A stretch of 43,869 nt of DNA from a virus, in IMG/VR virus record IMGVR_UViG_3300045988_057526, positions 1 to 43,869 of that record. One strand, 5' to 3'. Positions 25,833-32,203 of the stretch are shown here, in pieces. The notes beneath the pieces are model-generated. The model was not told where the DNA came from and did not search any database. It saw nothing but the letters and a program-made list of their open reading frames with translations. Made by a program: the position numbers and the translations under genes. Within the stretch, counting starts at the first letter, position 1; each line of letters begins with the position of its first letter.

Positions 25833-26180
25833 TTAAAATACCGTATCAACAACGGTTAGAATTGTTACCCACAGATCAATATACTGTGTGCTATATCCGG
25901 TATAATCGCCCTTGTCAAACTCTGTTTTGCCCGTGATAACATAACCAACTTGTTTTGCGCCCCCGTCTGGTAGATCAACGAACATTTCCGACTTGTTTTT
26001 AATGGCATTTTTGGAAATGATGATGCAATGCTTTTCTTCTACCCGTTCCCGGTAAATTTCAAGCGCATTTTTCACGCTATCCGCATTTATACGCATATCC
26101 GAAATAATACCGCCGTCAATGTACCATTTTTTATTGTTGTATTCTTTCATTGTTGCCGTTGTTTTGAAAATGTAATTCAT
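25833..26180 (-). CDS. Hypothetical protein (115 aa), low-GC cassette
   Basis: MNYIFKTTATMKEYNNKKWYIDGG... No motif I can assign. Confidence 0.55.
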   Translation of the reverse strand: MNYIFKTTATMKEYNNKKWYIDGGIISDMRINADSVKNALEIYRERVEEKHCIIISKNAIKNKSEMFVDLPDGGAKQVGYVITGKTEFDKGDYTGYSTQYIDLWVTILTVVDTVF

Positions 26181-26182
26181 AA

Positions 26183-26440
26183 TTAAACCCCCATTCTGAT
26201 ACATTCATCAAGCGGGATTTTATACCCGTCAACCCTAAAAAATGCGCTATCTTTCCCGTTTGTGGGGTAGTAGATTTTACAACGGTGGAAACGCTGCGCC
26301 GCTTTCCCGCCATACCAACAACCAGAGACGCAATAAACATAATCGTCAATGCCATATTCAATGCCTTTGATTTCAAGCCCATTCAAGCCGCTATAATAGG
26401 CGATACTTTCCCGGCTTTCACAATACTGTCTTTTGTTCAT
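26183..26440 (-). CDS. Hypothetical protein (85 aa), low-GC cassette
   Basis: MNKRQYCESRESIAYYSGLNGLEIKGIEYGIDDYVY... AAAGGGG ribosome-binding site. Confidence 0.55.
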   Translation of the reverse strand: MNKRQYCESRESIAYYSGLNGLEIKGIEYGIDDYVYCVSGCWYGGKAAQRFHRCKIYYPTNGKDSAFFRVDGYKIPLDECIRMGV

Positions 26441-26454
26441 CGTTCTAACCCCTT

Positions 26455-26883
26455 TCAAAATGGCACGGTATAGGAAATAGCCCCGGATTTTTCAAGCGTT
26501 CTAATGTGGCGGCAAATTCTATTTGCGGCCTGATATAACGCCCTTGCTTGCACATCTAACCATTCTTCCCGGCTATTGGGGCGGCGTTCCCCGTTGCGGG
26601 TTTTCTTCAATTCTGACGGGCAGCAAAGCCTTTCTGCTATATCGCCGTCATAAATCAAAGAACAACCGCCCCAACTGTATTGACTCCAATTTGCCGCCCC
26701 ATTCAGCAGCGCCGCCCGGACTTTTTTAGGCTCTGTTAAATCCAATTCTTCAAAATAGCCGCCGTTAATTTGTTCACCCAACTGTCCCACCATTTCAAGG
26801 GCGTATTGTGTTACCCCTTTATCCCATGCGGAACGCTGCTTTTCGCCTTCAATGCTTTGATACAGCTTTTCAATATTCGTCAT
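26455..26883 (-). CDS. Hypothetical protein (142 aa), first gene of the low-GC cassette
   Basis: MTNIEKLYQSIEGEKQRSAWDKGVTQYALEMV...NWSQYSWGGCSLIYDGDIAERL... Lies downstream of promoter P1. Confidence 0.6.
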   Translation of the reverse strand: MTNIEKLYQSIEGEKQRSAWDKGVTQYALEMVGQLGEQINGGYFEELDLTEPKKVRAALLNGAANWSQYSWGGCSLIYDGDIAERLCCPSELKKTRNGERRPNSREEWLDVQARALYQAANRICRHIRTLEKSGAISYTVPF

Positions 26884-27035
26884 ATAGCAATCAGCCTTTC
26901 ATAATATATATTCCGTTCCGTTTTCCCATTTTCGGCCTTGATACGCTGAAAGCCTATTTCACCGGCCTACATGGGGAAATGTACGGGGATTTAATTTTCA
27001 AGGTACATTTGCATTTACTGCCTTTCGGTAAATAC

Positions 27036-27064
27036 AAGATAGCATATTTACATTTACTTGTCAA
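27036..27064 (-). promoter_or_regulatory. Promoter P1: TTGACA, 17-nt spacer, TATCTT, upstream of the cassette
   Basis: Minus strand reads TTGACA (27064-27059), agtaaatgtaaatatgc (17 nt), TATCTT (27041-27036). Same architecture as P2. Confidence 0.6.
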
Positions 27065-27138
27065 GCGTAAATATAAAAGAAAATCAAGATTTTTCGCAAA
27101 TGTGGCCGCTATACATTATAAAGGGCAAAAAAACGCGG

Positions 27139-27214
27139 CCCCGATCAAGCCGGGACACCGACAACGCCCACGCAGCCCCAATCAAGCCGGAACCCGCCGC
27201 CGATCAGCCGGGGA
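27139..27214. repeat. Three 16-17-bp repeats of the form CC(G/A)ATCA(A)GCCGG(G/A)A
   Basis: Copies at 27139-27155, 27176-27192 and 27199-27214. Confidence 0.6.
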
Positions 27215-27259
27215 AAGGAAAAGCCGCCGACCCCGTGAAGAGATCGGCAGCTCTGTCAA

Positions 27260-27403
27260 AGTCGCAGACCCTCGCCGTAAAGTCGCAAAGTCGTTCGGGC
27301 GAAAGTCGTAAAAGTCGTGGGAAAATCGCAAAGTCGCTCGGCATAGTCGTAAGCTATAGTCGCAAAAGTCGTGAAAGTCGCTCAGTCCTCTGAGTCATAG
27401 TCG
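27260..27403. repeat. Array of 11 AGTCG pentamers (CGACT on the minus strand) plus one AATCG variant, irregular 8-23 bp spacing
   Basis: AGTCG begins at 27260, 27281, 27289, 27304, 27313, 27332, 27345, 27358, 27367, 27376 and 27399. Eight copies are AAAGTCG. One further AAAGTCG sits at 27969-27975, just upstream of terS. Confidence 0.8.
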
Positions 27404-27951
27404 CCGGACGCACCAACCACATCTTCGAGGTACTTCTTTTCCAAGTCCTCAGCGGGAACCTGATCTCCGAGCTGCTGGTTGGGTGTCAACACGACCTCCT
27501 GCTTGTCCGCATAGCCCATGTTGTTCTTCATCAAGAAGATACCGGCGACCGGATTGATCTTCCCGTTCTGCATATAATTTTCCATCTGAGCGTTCAAAAA
27601 TTGATACGCCTTTTTTAGCGAGTCCCTGCTTTCAGAGGGGATATAGGCACTATCAATACCATTTACCCACTTCCACAGAGTTCTTCTATCAATACCGAAC
27701 GCCAATGCCATACCTGCAACAGAGGGTTTCATGTCATCTTCGGCACAAATCCGAAAGTAATTCCCAATACGCTCAGTCACAGCTTCCGGCTTGGTCATAT
27801 CAACAGCAGGCCAGCCCCACATTCTCAAATCGTGTTCGAGAAACTTCCGATTATCTCCCGGTTGAAGCTGTGCCGTACTATCAGGCCGTTTATTACCGCC
27901 AGTACCTTTTGGTCTGCCACGACCACGCTTTTCCGCAATTTCATCTGCCAT
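27382..27951 (-). CDS. terS: Terminase small subunit
   Basis: N-terminus GRGRPKGTGGNKRP, central helix-turn-helix-like GMALAFGIDRRTLWKWV, C-terminus AGIFLMKNNMGYADKQE. GAAAGGAG ribosome-binding site. Confidence 0.75.
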   Translation of the reverse strand: MADEIAEKRGRGRPKGTGGNKRPDSTAQLQPGDNRKFLEHDLRMWGWPAVDMTKPEAVTERIGNYFRICAEDDMKPSVAGMALAFGIDRRTLWKWVNGIDSAYIPSESRDSLKKAYQFLNAQMENYMQNGKINPVAGIFLMKNNMGYADKQEVVLTPNQQLGDQVPAEDLEKKYLEDVVGASGDYDSED

Positions 27952-27979
27952 AGTCGTTTTCTCCTTTCAAAGTCGCCAA

Positions 27980-28086
27980 GGTGATAAAGGTGAGTAATCG
28001 GGTGCATTTCCCTATAACTATTTCTATATACGCGCGTATAAGAGAGAGTTATAGGCATTTATGCCCGATTACTCACCTAACTCACC
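27980..28086. repeat. Nested palindrome B (107 bp), a paralogue of element A
   Basis: Left arm is identical to A. Right arm matches 18 of 21. The inner dyad at 28011-28055 has the same TACGCGCGTA centre. Its right half is the reverse complement of the A left half (22 of 22 with one 1-nt indel). Confidence 0.8.
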
Positions 28087-28146
28087 TAAAATACGAAAAA
28101 CAATTTTTCAAAACACGCCAATTTGAAAAAAGTCTTTGCAAAAACA

Positions 28147-28174
28147 CTCACCTTTATCACCTTTATCACCTAAC
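28147..28174 (-). repeat. Iterons GGTGATAAA GGTGATAAA GGTGAG overlapping the stop of the upstream gene
   Basis: Minus strand reads TAG TTAGGTGATAAAGGTGATAAAGGTGAG. The 18-mer TCACCTTTATCACCTAAC recurs exactly at 28515-28532. Confidence 0.75.
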
Positions 28175-28503
28175 TACCAATTAGCGTTGATAACCACCTT
28201 GTTCCCATGAGCGAGTGCTTCCGTCACAATCCACACCACACCGTCCCAGTTGTAGACCTTTTTCTTCACGGCGTAGTCTACAAGCTGCTTTGCCTGCTCG
28301 CTGTCAAGAACCATGTCCTTACCATACCAGTCGTTCTCCTTGGTTCGCTTCTCGTAAGGAACATAGTAGCCGAGCTTTTCCAGAAAGTCGTACCAAAGTC
28401 GACCACTGCTGTCAATGCTGGCTATATCCGTATGCCCAACAGGGACACCGCAGTTGGGACAGCGATACTCCTTACGCTCTGAGATCGTAATATCAAGACC
28501 CAT
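28174..28503 (-). CDS. Hypothetical protein (109 aa) immediately upstream of the late region
   Basis: MGLDITISERKEYRCPNCGVPVGH... Its ribosome-binding site is embedded in the repeated 15-mer. Confidence 0.6.
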   Translation of the reverse strand: MGLDITISERKEYRCPNCGVPVGHTDIASIDSSGRLWYDFLEKLGYYVPYEKRTKENDWYGKDMVLDSEQAKQLVDYAVKKKVYNWDGVVWIVTEALAHGNKVVINANW

Positions 28504-28527
28504 ACTATTTCACCTCACCTTTATCAC

Positions 28528-28731
28528 CTAACGGCGGCGTCCGATGTATTCGTCAATACTAATCCGCAATGCATCCGCAAGCAGAGCGATTGTATCAATT
28601 CGCCCATTTTTCGTCGTGCCACATTCCAGCGCGCAGATCGTGGATATGGGCACACCTGAAATCCGCGACAGTTGTGCCGCTGACAACTTAGCCCTATTAC
28701 GTGCTTTACGCATACTCTCGCCCTTTGTCAT
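28528..28731 (-). CDS. XRE-family helix-turn-helix protein (67 aa)
   Basis: RKARNRAKLSAAQLSRISGVPISTICALECGTTKNGRIDTIALLADAL. Confidence 0.7.
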   Translation of the reverse strand: MTKGESMRKARNRAKLSAAQLSRISGVPISTICALECGTTKNGRIDTIALLADALRISIDEYIGRRR

Positions 28732-29033
28732 TCTGCTTTATCCTTTCGCTCGCCGAGATAGCAGAAAGCGTGCGGCGGCATTTCGCAATGCAGCGCCTTG
28801 CACCACCCCCAGCTTTCGCATTCATTCTCTCCGAGTTCCCAAAACCGGCAGTCTTCGCGCCTCATGTATGTCCGGTAATGCTTGCAATCCCTACACCGCA
28901 CCACCGGCACAACGTCGGCGGCTGGCATATCCGCAAGCATCCGCTTCGCGTCTGCCATTGTTGCGCTTGGCTTTGTGACCTCCAATGCGGTTAGTTTGGC
29001 AATCGCCGTCGCCCGCTGGATGTATTCAGCCAT
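28728..29033 (-). CDS. Cys-rich protein (101 aa)
   Basis: GGGAGG ribosome-binding site upstream of ATG 29033. C-terminus VRCRDCKHYRTYMRREDCRFWELGENECESWGWCKALHCEMPPHAFC. Confidence 0.55.
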   Translation of the reverse strand: MAEYIQRATAIAKLTALEVTKPSATMADAKRMLADMPAADVVPVVRCRDCKHYRTYMRREDCRFWELGENECESWGWCKALHCEMPPHAFCYLGERKDKAE

Positions 29034-29160
29034 TGTCAGCACCTCCCTTTTCACAAGCTGGTTGATAGCAGTTAAACAACACATCGTCAGTGTCACACAC
29101 GCAGCACGGTTTACCGTCGCAAGCGCTTGGTGGGTAAAATACACAGGTATCACAACCCAT
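29026..29160 (-). CDS. Cys-rich micro-protein (44 aa, 9 Cys), below the track cutoff
   Basis: MGCDTCVFYPPSACDGKPCCVCDTDDVLFNCYQPACEKGGADNG. TAATG and ATGGCTGA overlaps with its neighbours. Confidence 0.4.
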   Translation of the reverse strand: MGCDTCVFYPPSACDGKPCCVCDTDDVLFNCYQPACEKGGADNG

Positions 29161-29480
29161 TACTCCACCTCCAGCATCGCCTGCTGCATAAACGACAACT
29201 GCTGGCGCAGGTCGTCGATTATCTTATCTTTACGCACGAGCATCTCTTCGCAAATTGCGCAGTTCGCAATCAGTTCCAAAGAATTGGATTCAAATTTAAG
29301 GTGCCGGAAGTGTTCTTCGCGCGCATATTTCAATAGCATCTGCACCGCATACCGAGCAGCCGGTGAAAAATCAGTACAAGAGTGCGGTCGATCCAAAAGC
29401 TCCTGTACGTTTTTGATTTCTTCCGCGTCGTGCCCCAAGGTGAATTCTTGTGTGTAGTTTCCCCATTTCTTGTTACCCAT
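29160..29480 (-). CDS. Hypothetical protein (106 aa)
   Basis: GAAAGGAAGGAAAGG lies upstream of ATG 29480. Confidence 0.5.
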   Translation of the reverse strand: MGNKKWGNYTQEFTLGHDAEEIKNVQELLDRPHSCTDFSPAARYAVQMLLKYAREEHFRHLKFESNSLELIANCAICEEMLVRKDKIIDDLRQQLSFMQQAMLEVE

Positions 29481-29658
29481 GGTGCCTTTCCTTCCTTTCA
29501 AAGTTGTGGAGGGAGATCATCTTTTCACGGGTGAGCTTGTCAACCACTCGACCGATCTCCGAGTAGCCGCAGACCGCCGCCAGCCGTTCAAGGTTGCCCT
29601 TGGTCTGTGCCGTGACTACGATGGAAATACGGCGGAGGTTCTTTTTCTCAGTTTTCAT
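29473..29658 (-). CDS. Ribbon-helix-helix (CopG/Arc-like) protein (61 aa)
   Basis: MKTEKKNLRRISIVVTAQTKGNLERLAAVCGYSEIGRVVDKL. AAGGAGG ribosome-binding site. Confidence 0.55.
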   Translation of the reverse strand: MKTEKKNLRRISIVVTAQTKGNLERLAAVCGYSEIGRVVDKLTREKMISLHNFERKERHHG

Positions 29659-29827
29659 CACTTTCCTCCTTGTTGCCGTGAATGGAAGCAGAGATGAACG
29701 ACTGCAACAGCACAAAGGCTTCTTCTTTGGTCGCACCAGCATTGAGTAAAGCCCTGTAAAAATTCAGAGACATTTCAGCTAAAGCACCAACGGCGTTCAG
29801 CAACTCTCTCACAGCGTCATTATTCAT
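29648..29827 (-). CDS. Hypothetical helical protein (59 aa), below the track cutoff
   Basis: MNNDAVRELLNAVGALAEMSLNFYRALLNAGATKEEAFVLLQSFISASIHGNKEESDEN. Overlaps both neighbours. Confidence 0.45.
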   Translation of the reverse strand: MNNDAVRELLNAVGALAEMSLNFYRALLNAGATKEEAFVLLQSFISASIHGNKEESDEN

Positions 29828-30179
29828 CGTTGTTCACCTCTGTAAATGCTCTTGCGAGATCGTCAATCATCTGGTGCATGACTCTATCGCCAACATCATC
29901 TTCGTTCTGACACCAGAAGGAGAATTTCAGATGTAGCAGTTCATGTACCAGCGTCTTTTCAAAGTCGAACGGCACAATGCGGTCGCCGTAGCAGGCAGGG
30001 TCGATGATCTCAATACGAGCGGTCTTAATTGCTTCTGACCACTCGGTACAGCCTGCGGCATCACTCATCGTCATTTCTTCGGGGTGTAGGTGAGTCAACA
30101 GCTTTATCCGCCACTCCTGCAAGCAGAGTTTTCGCTTCCACTTTTCCAGCAGGGCGAGTTCTTCATTGGTTGCTGTCAT
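29820..30179 (-). CDS. Putative zinc metallopeptidase (HExxH)
   Basis: TLVHELLHLKF contains HELLH. GGAGGG ribosome-binding site before ATG 30179. Confidence 0.5.
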   Translation of the reverse strand: MTATNEELALLEKWKRKLCLQEWRIKLLTHLHPEEMTMSDAAGCTEWSEAIKTARIEIIDPACYGDRIVPFDFEKTLVHELLHLKFSFWCQNEDDVGDRVMHQMIDDLARAFTEVNNDE

Positions 30180-30357
30180 TGTTAGCCCTCCTGTTCCAAA
30201 ATTCGATTGCCTTTCCCTTACCGTCGCCTTGCTCATAATAGTCAGGGAAAGCCTTCCCAAGCGTTTTGCATTTTGGGCATTTCACGACGCTCATTTGATA
30301 GACGTATATCAGCCTCGCCTTTCCGCCGCAAAAGGGGCAGGGTTTCAATTCAGGCAT
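30163..30357 (-). CDS. Lar-family-like restriction alleviation protein (64 aa)
   Basis: LKPCPFCGGKARL...KCPKCKTLG zinc-ribbon pattern and size match my memory of the Lar family. Confidence 0.5.
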   Translation of the reverse strand: MPELKPCPFCGGKARLIYVYQMSVVKCPKCKTLGKAFPDYYEQGDGKGKAIEFWNRRANNDSNQ

Positions 30358-30358
30358 A

Positions 30359-31867
30359 TCAAGACGCTCCTTTCAGTCTGAGATTCTTGTAGACGGGGTA
30401 GCCCTGATACACGACCTTGCCGCCGTGCCACTCAGGGTGTGTTTCCATGTCGGCGTTGAACCGCTTGGCAGAACAGGCAAAGTACCCGTTGGACTTGCAC
30501 CAAATCTTGTAAGCGTCAAATAGGGACTTCGAGCGGATATTGACTCCCTCGGCCTGCTCGCAACGCTCTTCGAGAAATTGCAGGCACAGGTCGTTGTCAC
30601 GCTCGTACTGATTGACCACCTTCCGCATAGCGGGAGACATTTTTAGACCGAAACGCTTGTACTTGAAGTACCCGGCGACCAGCCAAGCGAAAATGCCCTG
30701 CATAGCCTCCTGCGTCTGAAACTCATTTTTTAGATTCTTGTCCTGCTCCGCTTCGGTGAAATGGCGGTTGAACTCAATGACCCGTACACGGTCGGAAGCG
30801 AACAGGGACTTATCGCTGACGGTGGGAAGATCGTTACAGGAGAGCCAAAGGGTGAACTGCGGCAGGAAGGTCGTGGCAGTCTCATAGAGGTTCCGAGCCT
30901 TGATTTCCTCGCCGCCTGTGAGCTGCTTGATCGTTTCTTCGTCCAGCTTGCCATACTGGTTGCTCTCTGCCATTGTGACAAACCGTTTGCCTTTCAGGGA
31001 AGCCAGCATGGGGTTCGCTGCTTCGGCGTTCTTCGAGCGTTCTGCCTTGCAGATGATCGACACGGGGGACACGGAAGCATAGTCACCGAGAAGGTGGTGA
31101 ATTGCCGAGAGCATGGTGGATTTGCCGTTGCGAGTGGTCTTGCCGTGGAGAATGAACATACATTCCTCATTTGCTACACCCAACATAGAGTACCCCAGCG
31201 CCTTTTGCAGATAGTCAGCTTTGTCTTCGTCATTGCACGTGACCTCCGCAATAAACTTTTCCCAGCGGCGGCACCGTGCGTCCTGCAAGGTGTAGTTGAA
31301 GTTGGTCTGCATGGTCAGAAAGTCGTGCCAGTCATGCTCCCGAAACTCCATCTTTTCGAGGTCGAAAGTGCCGTTCTTGCAGTTGATAAGGTAGGGATTT
31401 GCGTCAAACTCCGCCGAAGCGATGGGAAGCACACTGGCAGCGTCCTTCATCAGCCGGTCACGGAAGCGCCGGTCGCCCATCTTCACGATGAACTTCATGT
31501 ACTCGGTGCGGCGTTCTTCGTTGGCGATCTCGCCACAGTAGAGAGCCATCAGGCGGCAGAACTCCTTGATCTTCTCCGCTACCAGCAGAGAACCCGTGTC
31601 TTTGCGCCATGCACCATCTTTGTAAGTAAACCAGCTTTTCGCTTCGGGGCAGTAGCGGGTATCATTCTTGTAGCACTCGGAGAACAGCTCCGCCATGCCG
31701 GACTCGTCCCACGAATATCCCGTTCCGCTGATCGGGTGGCTATGCTCAGGCTGTGCTTCCTTAATCTGAAACATCACTCTGGACTGAGCTTCGTCCATGA
31801 TGTAGCGACCGTTGGAGAGCTGGAAAAGCTCCTGTTCTTCGGGGACGGTTGTGATTTCATCAGCCAT
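30359..31867 (-). CDS. D5/P4-type primase-helicase (SF3 NTPase)
   Basis: 502 aa. Walker A GKTTRNGKST. D5_N-like N-terminal part. Confidence 0.75.
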   Translation of the reverse strand: MADEITTVPEEQELFQLSNGRYIMDEAQSRVMFQIKEAQPEHSHPISGTGYSWDESGMAELFSECYKNDTRYCPEAKSWFTYKDGAWRKDTGSLLVAEKIKEFCRLMALYCGEIANEERRTEYMKFIVKMGDRRFRDRLMKDAASVLPIASAEFDANPYLINCKNGTFDLEKMEFREHDWHDFLTMQTNFNYTLQDARCRRWEKFIAEVTCNDEDKADYLQKALGYSMLGVANEECMFILHGKTTRNGKSTMLSAIHHLLGDYASVSPVSIICKAERSKNAEAANPMLASLKGKRFVTMAESNQYGKLDEETIKQLTGGEEIKARNLYETATTFLPQFTLWLSCNDLPTVSDKSLFASDRVRVIEFNRHFTEAEQDKNLKNEFQTQEAMQGIFAWLVAGYFKYKRFGLKMSPAMRKVVNQYERDNDLCLQFLEERCEQAEGVNIRSKSLFDAYKIWCKSNGYFACSAKRFNADMETHPEWHGGKVVYQGYPVYKNLRLKGAS

Positions 31868-31871
31868 ATTC

Positions 31872-32021
31872 TCACTTCCTTTTCTTAATCGCTCTTACCA
31901 GCGCTACAGCGAGGCAAGCCTGCGAGTCGGCGTCCCACCATGCGCATTTCTCGCCAGAACATAGCAAGGCTTGATCTTCGCTCGGATTGAGCGGACAATA
32001 TTTGTCAAGCGCGTTTTCCAT
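31872..32021 (-). CDS. Cys-containing micro-protein (49 aa), below the track cutoff
   Basis: GGAGGTAAGC lies upstream of ATG 32021. Reads MENALDKYCPLNPSEDQALLCSGEKCAWWDADSQACLAVALVRAIKKRK. Confidence 0.45.
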   Translation of the reverse strand: MENALDKYCPLNPSEDQALLCSGEKCAWWDADSQACLAVALVRAIKKRK

Positions 32022-32023
32022 GC

Positions 32024-32203
32024 TTACCTCCAATAATTAAAGCGGTCAAAGATATCAAGATCACGTATTTTCTTCCGCCGATTATTTTCGATTTCCTTAC
32101 GGCGCAAGTAGTCCGCGTGTTCTTTTTGATACCGTTCACACTTGACGTGACAACCCGGATGCCTGTCCGGGCATTTGTAACAGCATTGGATACCAGTAGT
32201 CAT
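32024..32203 (-). CDS. Cys-rich micro-protein (59 aa), below the track cutoff
   Basis: ATGA overlap with the prim-pol stop. Reads MTTGIQCCYKCPDRHPGCHVKCERYQKEHADYLRRKEIENNRRKKIRDLDIFDRFNYWR. Confidence 0.45.
   Translation of the reverse strand: MTTGIQCCYKCPDRHPGCHVKCERYQKEHADYLRRKEIENNRRKKIRDLDIFDRFNYWR

Noticed and set aside
27058-27393. Plus-strand 111-aa ORF with a repetitive KSRxS-type sequence.
   Set aside because: It is a translation artefact of the AAAGTCG repeat array, with no ribosome-binding site and no plausible fold.
27260-27403. Could the short-repeat array be a CRISPR array or mini-array?
   Set aside because: The repeats are only 5-7 nt with spacings of 8-23 nt. That is far below CRISPR repeat and spacer sizes, and there are no cas genes.
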